From assembly GCA_011364965.1 (NCBI GenBank), contig RDOB01000005.1, positions 1-64,000 of the forward strand: a DNA stretch of 64,000 bases, given 5' to 3'. The stretch is from Candidatus Heimdallarchaeota archaeon. Its GTDB lineage: Archaea; Asgardarchaeota; Heimdallarchaeia; Hodarchaeales; Hodarchaeaceae. A program made the position numbers and the translations under genes. This document shows positions 57,106-64,000 of the stretch, piece by piece (positions within the stretch are counted from its first letter, which is position 1; each line of letters opens with the position of its first letter). The notes under the pieces were generated by a model. The model searched no databases. It was given only the letters and a program-made list of their open reading frames with translations, and was not told the origin of the DNA.

Positions 57106-58330
57106 CTCTATTACTAAGCTCAGAATAGATTAATTTCCTTGCCTCTTTTAATGTAAGCTTTTTTTTCTTGGCGATTCGTTTGATATCTTCGTATTCTACC
57201 TTTTCAGAGACAACATTCTTCCCTAAAAGGCCTAGTTTAAGATGAATCATTTCAGTTTTATTATCAATACTAACTGATTTTTTTTGGATGTCTCGGGGGA
57301 TTACATGTCGTGAACTAGTTGAAATCCTAATACCTAAAGTTCCAAGTTCTTCAACAAGCGTCCTGATTACTTTTTCAGCATTTTCGGGTAATACAATTGC
57401 TTTTATCAAAAAACCAGGCCGATTTTTCTTTGTTATGGTATTCACAATTGAGAGATCCAAAACTAGCTGTTTGTCATATAAAAGCTCGAATAAATATCCA
57501 AGTATCTCCCCATCAACATCATCTACGTTTGTTTCAATTATCTTTACTTCATCATGAATGAAAGATTCAGGAGGTTCCCCAATTAGTACTCGTAAACCTG
57601 AAACACCTTTATTATCAAAATATTTAGTTCCATAACTTAACCCAGATTGTTTTATTCGCATTATCGGTAAAAAAAGTTCAGATTTGCTATTTAATGTCGA
57701 TAGAATAGCAGCTCCTGTCGGAGTGAACAATTCATTCTCAATTGGACCTCCTTTAACATATAAATTGCTTTTTTTGAGAATCGAGATCGTCGCTGGTGTA
57801 GGAACTCCAGTTGCACCATGTGAAATTGTTATCGTCCCTCCTCCTACAGCTATTGGTAGAATTATTGTCTTAAATTTCACAAGGTCTAATTCTTGATAAA
57901 GATATGCGAAGCCTAATAGATCGAACATTGTATCTAAAGTCGCAAGTTCATGCAGATGAAGAGTAGAATTTTCGTTTTTAATATTGTGTACTTCTTTTTC
58001 GGCCTCTACAATGCAATTAAAGGCGGTTTCGGCGAGAGATTGACTATATGAATTAAGAGATAATTTCTGACTGAGTTCAGGGATAAATTCCTTTAATTTC
58101 TCAATAGAAAACCTTTTTTTAGCCTCTGTAATCATTTGTATTCCAGAAATGCCATTTTTTTCAACCAAATGCCATTCACAATTAAAATCTGGGTCTAATC
58201 TTGAAAGATGTTCATTAAAGGTATTACAAAAGTTATCACGAAAAGACATATTTTTAAAATTCAAAAAAGCAGCGATTAACATATCGCCTGCGACTCCTGA
58301 GGAGCTAGCGTCAATGACTAAAAAAGACAT
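57098..58330 (-). CDS. larC: Nickel-pincer cofactor biosynthesis protein LarC
   Basis: SGVAGDM, EAE..VH, HLHE, SHG...VP.PAT, ELFTPTGAAIL, ETNVDD, TKKNRPG, GTLGIR, EYED. Confidence 0.92.
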   Translation of the reverse strand: MSFLVIDASSSGVAGDMLIAAFLNFKNMSFRDNFCNTFNEHLSRLDPDFNCEWHLVEKNGISGIQMITEAKKRFSIEKLKEFIPELSQKLSLNSYSQSLAETAFNCIVEAEKEVHNIKNENSTLHLHELATLDTMFDLLGFAYLYQELDLVKFKTIILPIAVGGGTITISHGATGVPTPATISILKKSNLYVKGGPIENELFTPTGAAILSTLNSKSELFLPIMRIKQSGLSYGTKYFDNKGVSGLRVLIGEPPESFIHDEVKIIETNVDDVDGEILGYLFELLYDKQLVLDLSIVNTITKKNRPGFLIKAIVLPENAEKVIRTLVEELGTLGIRISTSSRHVIPRDIQKKSVSIDNKTEMIHLKLGLLGKNVVSEKVEYEDIKRIAKKKKLTLKEARKLIYSELSNRDE

Positions 58331-58511
58331 ATGATAATCCCCTAATATAAGTTAGTTTTACGTCAGAATATCAATATTTATTATAGATCATGTTATAAAC
58401 ATTAAATGTTAATTTACTTTCAATATAAATGGGTTATTGATACGAATAAGTTAAAAAAACTGTAATTCTTTTATTAAGACATTATACAGGGATTAGAAGA
58501 GGAAGAAATAT

Positions 58512-59240
58512 TTGATTGGTATTAACATTATAACTAAGGAAGGATTACTCCTCTTCTCTCATTTCTTCATACCAGCTTTCTCTGATGTTGATGAAGACTT
58601 GCGTGCCGGATTGATGACTGCAGTTTTAAATGCAATGAAGGAAACACAGGGAGATAAAGGGATTAAAGTTATTGATCAGGGTGGTTACTTCGTTCATATT
58701 GTAGAAGGGAAATTGACATATGGTTTGCTTTTTTCTCAAGAGAATGCTCAAACAGAATACAGATTTGCTGATTCCATCGTTAAACGATTTGAAGCCCTTT
58801 TTGGCGATCGCGTAGCTAATCAAGTATCTTTTGTTGAAACAGAATTTACGGAATTCTCAAAATATGTTAAGACAGAATACAACAAATTAATGCAAATTGA
58901 TGTTGTTGCTCTCTCAGAAATGATAGCAACTATGAATTCCTCCTTCTTTACGGACTATATTATCTTAGAAAAGCCGAATCTGCATCAAGTTTTTACTACA
59001 ACGTCTTCTTATCCTGATATTCATCCCTATGCAAATCAAATTGGAACGATGTGTAAAAATCTTGTTGAATCGAGTATAGAGATCGGTCAGGAAGTTACTC
59101 AAATACAATTTAATCTTGGGGGGAAATATCTAGTTATTGTTGAACGATTCAGAAAATACCTCGTTATTTTGATTATTCTACGTAAAGATCATGAAAAAGC
59201 GTTAAAGGAGATTCTACGGATACGGAATAAAATTACTTAA
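58512..59240 (+). CDS. Longin-domain protein (N-terminal longin + second longin/roadblock-like domain)
   Basis: INIITKEGLLLFSHFF...DEDLRAGLMTAVLN..ET.G, followed by three strands and the helix F...IV.RFE; clear paralog of the convergent neighbour. Confidence 0.7.
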   Translation: MIGINIITKEGLLLFSHFFIPAFSDVDEDLRAGLMTAVLNAMKETQGDKGIKVIDQGGYFVHIVEGKLTYGLLFSQENAQTEYRFADSIVKRFEALFGDRVANQVSFVETEFTEFSKYVKTEYNKLMQIDVVALSEMIATMNSSFFTDYIILEKPNLHQVFTTTSSYPDIHPYANQIGTMCKNLVESSIEIGQEVTQIQFNLGGKYLVIVERFRKYLVILIILRKDHEKALKEILRIRNKIT

Positions 59241-59980
59241 GTTTGACATACTTCCATGATATTTTTCTGAATCCGTACAAGTTCTTTTTTCACTATATCC
59301 TTTTTGGATTGATTTTCTGGTAGAATTACTACGACGGAATGTGAGGCGGCTACTATTGCATGAAGATGGATTTCTTCAAAACTAATATCACTCAATATGT
59401 GCTCCTGGTTGATTTTTGAACCGAATTCAACTATTCCTCTAAAGATTTGAGTTAATTGATTTGCATATGAACTGATAACTGGATCAACAACACTCATGAA
59501 TACAGGATTAAAAAATTTGTCTTCATATATTATATAATCAGAAATAGAGGAGCGTTGCATTATCTCTAGGATTTTACCCACTTTAGAAATATCAATATTT
59601 AATAAAGCAGAATATTCCTTAGTTACAACTTCTCTAAAGTCTTCAAAATCTTTACGATTGAAAATTATTCCTTTGTGAAGTTCATATGTGTACATTAATT
59701 CGAATCTCAACACAATTTTGCGGATAAATCCATGAAGGGTAGGATCATCTTTAGTAGTTGTTAAAATCCCATATGTTAGAACTCCTTCATAAAGCACTAA
59801 ATGGTAATCTTTATGCTTAATAGAGCTGATTGATTCTCCTTGTGTTTCACGAAGTACATTTAATACTGCAGTGAGAAGCCCTGCTCGCATATCCCTATCT
59901 TCTTCTTGTAAATTAACTCCTGAGAATGGATGAGAAAAAACCAGAATTCCATTCTTCGTGATGATGTTTAATTCGAGCAC
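59237..59980 (-). CDS. Longin-domain protein, paralog of 58512-59240
   Basis: LNIITKNGILVFSHPF...DRDMRAGLLTAVLN..ETQG, EG.LTYG.L, IV.RFE, DYII.E, YANQ, KE..RI shared with neighbour. Confidence 0.7.
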   Translation of the reverse strand: MLELNIITKNGILVFSHPFSGVNLQEEDRDMRAGLLTAVLNVLRETQGESISSIKHKDYHLVLYEGVLTYGILTTTKDDPTLHGFIRKIVLRFELMYTYELHKGIIFNRKDFEDFREVVTKEYSALLNIDISKVGKILEIMQRSSISDYIIYEDKFFNPVFMSVVDPVISSYANQLTQIFRGIVEFGSKINQEHILSDISFEEIHLHAIVAASHSVVVILPENQSKKDIVKKELVRIQKNIMEVCQT

Positions 59981-60269
59981 AATTATTTACCCTCTGCGAG
60001 AAGGTGGATATCAGGGATATAAATAGTGTAACTTTCAGAAAGTGGTGTGTGTTCAGTAATAGTACCATGGGATTAATGAGTCAAAACCTTTCTCAAATTA
60101 CAATATATCTCTCGATTTATTGTATCTTAAAGATTTCAGAATATATCAAATTGATTTTTAATGTAAAATTGCTTCAATTTTTGTTTTAATGTATCTTAAG
60201 GGTCTTTAATCCGACTTTTCACACATAAACCGCATTAATTTTGTATTGAATAAAAACTTACTAAATATC

Positions 60270-60932
60270 TCATATTTTTTCAAGAAATCCAATCCGTTGT
60301 CCATCTGTATTCCATTGTGTAGCTCTAATCAAGAATAAAAGGGAATAAATCACAATGGTCATAACAATCAAAAAAATAAACAGGTGAGGTTCAGAATTAA
60401 TCGGATTCAATTCTTCGTGGTAGGGAAAAAGTGGAAGAGTAGGTAATCCAAAAGGATTGAAGTAATCAAAAAACCAATCAGTAATTATTATAGAACTTCC
60501 AATCGCATAATTGGGTAAATCTAGATCCATGAAGAGCAGAATGATTAATGCTTCTGAAAACTCGAAAGTATGGGCTGCTAATGAAACTATACTGAAAAAA
60601 GAAGGCATCACAGTAAAAACTACAAGATATTGAAAAAATACTTTGACTAAACCAATGAAAGTGACAATATTTAGAATTTGTATATTTCTTTTTAAGCCTA
60701 ATGTTACAAATAAAAATATTCCGAAGAGAATGGCAAAAGTATACGAATCGGGTATGAAAATCCATTGAAGAGGATGATAATACTCAAATTGCCAGAAATA
60801 TAGGTAAAAATAAAACAGGGGAATCACAGTATTTATTAAAATCCAAATAAACAGAATAAACGGATTCAAATTCAATAGAAAAGAGCGAATTTCTTCCTGA
60901 TTTATTTTCTTCAGCATGAAATTACCTTCCAT
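60270..60932 (-). CDS. Membrane protein, DUF1405-like
   Basis: Multiple TMs; W.FIPDS motif, GLVK, H..E, D..FDY. Confidence 0.55.
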   Translation of the reverse strand: MEGNFMLKKINQEEIRSFLLNLNPFILFIWILINTVIPLFYFYLYFWQFEYYHPLQWIFIPDSYTFAILFGIFLFVTLGLKRNIQILNIVTFIGLVKVFFQYLVVFTVMPSFFSIVSLAAHTFEFSEALIILLFMDLDLPNYAIGSSIIITDWFFDYFNPFGLPTLPLFPYHEELNPINSEPHLFIFLIVMTIVIYSLLFLIRATQWNTDGQRIGFLEKI

Positions 60933-61020
60933 ATGGAATAAAGATAGTAACTAAGATTTTAAGAATCAATCTATTCATATACTTGAAAAGAGAAAAAAAA
61001 GAAATGAGTGTAAATTTCTT

Positions 61021-61875
61021 ATGCCTGAACTTCCTGAATTAGAAGCAATCAAAAGATATTTACTTGACGAGCTAGAGAACGTCAGAATTACCGAAATACA
61101 AACCCGACAACATACTGTTATTCGCTTCCCCACAGCACCCGAATTTAAAAGAATACTTCTAAATGCCTCCTTTGAAAATGTTGAGCGAATTGGTCGAATT
61201 TTGAAATTTAAATTAATGGGCGAATCAAGGAAATTATGTTTATACATAGATCATGGATTGACTGGACGATTAGGATGGGAATCTGATTATCAAAGAATAC
61301 CAACAAAAATAGTATTTAAATTAAGATTAGATAATGGTAAATGTTTAATTTATCATGATAGTCGTCTTCATGGCGCTATATGGTTATTTGAAGAATTTGA
61401 GGGTGTGATATGTAAAAATCCCCCCATAGTCAACCACTATGGCCCTGATATTCTCTCAATATCTGAGAAAGCATTCCTAATTAGGATTAAGAAGTTTAGA
61501 GCAGAAATAAAAAATGTGCTTACAAATCAGAGTTTTGTTACAGGAATTGGAAACGCATATTCTGACGAAATCCTCTTTGATGCCCAAATTCACCCTTTTA
61601 CAAAAAGAAATCAATTAAACGACCAAGAAATAAAACGAATTTACCATTCATCCCTAAAAATTCTTAAAACTGGATCTGATTTCATATTCAAATCCTTAAA
61701 AACAATAAATAAATTGGATAATGAATCTAGCTGGCGTAAAAACCTTTTTAAGGTGCATTTACGTGAAAACCAACCCTGTCATTCCTGCAATAAGAAACTT
61801 TCCACAATCAAAACCAAGAGAGTAACGAATTTTTGTCGGGAGTGCCAACCTTCAAAGAATAAGAATTTCTTCTAA
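61021..61875 (+). CDS. mutM: Formamidopyrimidine-DNA glycosylase (Fpg/Nei family)
   Basis: MPELPE N-terminus, H.GLTG-like DHGLTG, GPD, L.NQ..V.GIGN.YSDEILF.A.IHP, CxxC...CxxCQ zinc finger. Confidence 0.9.
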   Translation: MPELPELEAIKRYLLDELENVRITEIQTRQHTVIRFPTAPEFKRILLNASFENVERIGRILKFKLMGESRKLCLYIDHGLTGRLGWESDYQRIPTKIVFKLRLDNGKCLIYHDSRLHGAIWLFEEFEGVICKNPPIVNHYGPDILSISEKAFLIRIKKFRAEIKNVLTNQSFVTGIGNAYSDEILFDAQIHPFTKRNQLNDQEIKRIYHSSLKILKTGSDFIFKSLKTINKLDNESSWRKNLFKVHLRENQPCHSCNKKLSTIKTKRVTNFCRECQPSKNKNFF

Positions 61876-62024
61876 AATTAAAAAATTTTAAAGAACTGAA
61901 TTAGTAGCTTAGTATAATGATTTAATACGGAATAACTAAGATCATACGATCTATTTCCATAAATAAAACCTTGAATTACTTGACCAAATCTTATATTTTC
62001 AACATTTTCCAGAAGGATTGAATT

Positions 62025-63407
62025 TTGCTAGATTATTTCTTCGAACCAAGGTCAGTAGCCATTATTGGGGCATCCTCTGACGAAACAAAATACGGAAGAC
62101 TGATCTTTAATCATTTTGTTGTGCCTTTTTACGGAAAAATTTTCCCAGTTAATCCCAAAGTTTCAGAAATCATGGGGATTAAATGCTACAAAAGTGTTTT
62201 TGAGATCCCCGTTGTTCCAGATTTAGCCATCGTAGTTCTTCCAACAAAATTGGCGATAAAAGCTGTTGAGGATTGCTCAAAACGGGGGATCTTAGGAATA
62301 GTATGTATAACTGCAGGATTTTCTGAAATAGGACGGTACGATCTGCAACAGGAGCTCCTCGCGGCATTGGGCGATTCTCGTTTAATAGGCCCTAATTGTT
62401 TGGGAATTATTGATACCCATGCCCATGTTAATACTCTTTTTCCAAATTTTGAACTACCAGAAAAAGGACATGTCTCTTTGATTTCACAGTCAGGATCTCT
62501 TGCCATCGATTTACTTTTAGCATTGCATCAGAATCGGATTGGATTGAGACGCTTTGTTTCTTATGGCAATGGAGCTGATTTAAATGAAACGGATTTTATT
62601 CAATATTTTGGACAGGATACTGATACGAATATTATCGGTGCATACATAGAAGGAGTAAAAGCTGGAAGGGAATTCATCAAGGTTTCCAAAGCTGTTGCTA
62701 GAAAGAAAGCGATCGTTGCATTGAAATTGCCATTAACAGAGGATGTTTCGATGGCTGCTAGGAGTCATACAGGAGCCATGGCTAGTAGGGTTGACATTTA
62801 CAAGGAAATTCTAAGTCAAGCTGGGATCATTCAATGTGATAGTACATCTCAGTTCATCAATTCGATAAAAGCTCTCTACAAACAACCTCCTGCTTTTGGA
62901 AACCAGATTGCACTTGTAACAAATACAGGGGGACCAGCAGCAATGGCTCTTTATCGAATGAATCGATATCCAATGGAACTAGCTCCGATATCGGAATATA
63001 CTGCTGGAAAAGCTTCAGAAATAATTCAAAAACATTTCGTGCAGACTTCTCTCTCCAAAGATAGAAATGGTATCCCCCTAGCTTTTGTGGATCTAACTGG
63101 TAGTGCTACAACTGAAGTGATAACCCAAATTTCAGAATTATTCTTGGAAGAGAAAGGAGTTTCAGGTTTAATAGTAGTTCCAAGATCCGATGCTCCTGTT
63201 GTTTCGAAAGATGCTCCAGCCCGAATTGCACTTTTGAAAAAGAAATTTCCAGATAAACCTATATTAGTATATAATCTGCCTGATCCTACTGTTAACTCTG
63301 AGTTTGAAAACTACGGAATACCTGTTTTTAAAACAGCGGAGGATGCAGTTGATGGAATGTACGCATTAGTTGAGCGAGGAAGAATTTTAAGAGAATATAT
63401 GTTCTAG
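62025..63407 (+). CDS. acdA: Acetate/acyl-CoA ligase (ADP-forming) alpha subunit
   Basis: FFEPRSVAIIGAS, PVNPK, TAGFSE, LIGPNCLG, ISQSGS, SYGN.ADL.E, YIEG, phospho-His SHTGAM, TNTGG. Confidence 0.9.
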   Translation: MLDYFFEPRSVAIIGASSDETKYGRLIFNHFVVPFYGKIFPVNPKVSEIMGIKCYKSVFEIPVVPDLAIVVLPTKLAIKAVEDCSKRGILGIVCITAGFSEIGRYDLQQELLAALGDSRLIGPNCLGIIDTHAHVNTLFPNFELPEKGHVSLISQSGSLAIDLLLALHQNRIGLRRFVSYGNGADLNETDFIQYFGQDTDTNIIGAYIEGVKAGREFIKVSKAVARKKAIVALKLPLTEDVSMAARSHTGAMASRVDIYKEILSQAGIIQCDSTSQFINSIKALYKQPPAFGNQIALVTNTGGPAAMALYRMNRYPMELAPISEYTAGKASEIIQKHFVQTSLSKDRNGIPLAFVDLTGSATTEVITQISELFLEEKGVSGLIVVPRSDAPVVSKDAPARIALLKKKFPDKPILVYNLPDPTVNSEFENYGIPVFKTAEDAVDGMYALVERGRILREYMF

Positions 63408-63418
63408 GAGAGCAATTA

Positions 63419-64000
63419 ATGTCTTATAGCGATACAGAAAGCAAAGAAAAACGGATTAATGAGCATGTTCGATCGTTGATTCTTCAATCCAAGGAAAAGA
63501 TTACGCGTAATTTACAGGTAGAAACTGGGAGAATTCTAGATACACGTATAAAAAAAATTGAGATATTTAATGGAGCAGGCGGGAAAACATATGTCATCGA
63601 GGCCGCGTTATTTACTGCTTTGGCTGGGGAAATAGATGGAGGAGTGGTTTTAAAATTTGCTAAAAATCTTGAAAATGAGGTAGAAAATGCAAATTTACTT
63701 TCTAAAATTTTAATCAGACGTCAGAATGATTGGGAGAACTGGAAAAAAAACAATGAGATTCCTAAATCTATTCGTAAATACCCTGATGTTGTTTTTGCTC
63801 CTGAGGTAATTCATGTAATCTCTGAAGTGAACACATTAATTTTGGAATTTTTAAGTGGCTTTATACCTCTTTTACAGGTTTTTACTGAACCCCCAGAAAG
63901 ATGGGGCTATGCAGGATATGCATTGGCTCGATTACATGGTCATGAGCGTCAGAAAGTGAATCTACAATTATACTCTCCTCTTTTCAATTTATTACAAAAT
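63419..64000 (+). CDS. Protein-kinase-like/aminoglycoside-phosphotransferase fold protein (3'-truncated; absent from ORF track)
   Basis: Manual translation from ATG 63419 (GGAG upstream): MSYSDTESKEKR...GAGGKTYV...GVVLKFAKNLENEVENA...APEV...LILEFL...ALARLHG; open to window end. Confidence 0.65.
   Translation, partial: MSYSDTESKEKRINEHVRSLILQSKEKITRNLQVETGRILDTRIKKIEIFNGAGGKTYVIEAALFTALAGEIDGGVVLKFAKNLENEVENANLLSKILIRRQNDWENWKKNNEIPKSIRKYPDVVFAPEVIHVISEVNTLILEFLSGFIPLLQVFTEPPERWGYAGYALARLHGHERQKVNLQLYSPLFNLLQN

Noticed and set aside
60121-60201. Direct repeat TGTATCTTAA(A/G)G and the 60004-60189 ORF
   Set aside because: Only two short copies in AT-rich DNA, not an array; the ORF has no support.
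704-62506. Numerous 60-135 aa ORFs nested in or antisense to long genes (e.g. 7687-7992, 25375-25776, 34549-34938, 45763-46122, 62186-62506)
   Set aside because: They overlap well-supported genes and have no recognisable motifs; expected shadow ORFs.

Overview
AT-rich, gene-dense archaeal chromosome segment. The gene content points to an Asgard archaeon, probably Heimdallarchaeia/Hodarchaeales-like (inference): class I LysRS, RadA with a Rad51-like Walker A, Cdc6/Orc1, Nep1, a gelsolin-domain protein and several longin/DENN proteins. The standout is a tightly coupled operon at 1-14605 (5'-truncated) of three very large single-pass surface proteins. Each has an ectodomain of Ig-like repeats, one TM helix and a cytoplasmic uDENN/longin domain resembling folliculin/SMCR8/NPRL2. 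Two keep an 'ARGG' arginine where FLCN/SMCR8 carry their GAP arginine finger and the third has lost it, suggesting a heteromeric receptor-GAP system that links the cell surface to small GTPases. The window also encodes a soluble DENN-like protein and a convergent pair of paralogous longin proteins. A second module (43.3-48.5 kb) comprises a catalytically degenerate GDH paralog, an unknown protein, a TIR-like protein and an intact GDH, facing a double Lrp/AsnC regulator. The same palindrome (TCRTAA-N10-TTAYGA) lies upstream of both transcription units. Other oddities are a TrmB regulator with a ~1150-aa helical insert, a degenerate aldehyde:ferredoxin oxidoreductase and an orphan DNA methyltransferase with a second degenerate MTase domain. 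No CRISPR array, tRNA, rRNA or transposase was recognised. All family calls come from motif recognition by eye; no database searches were run.
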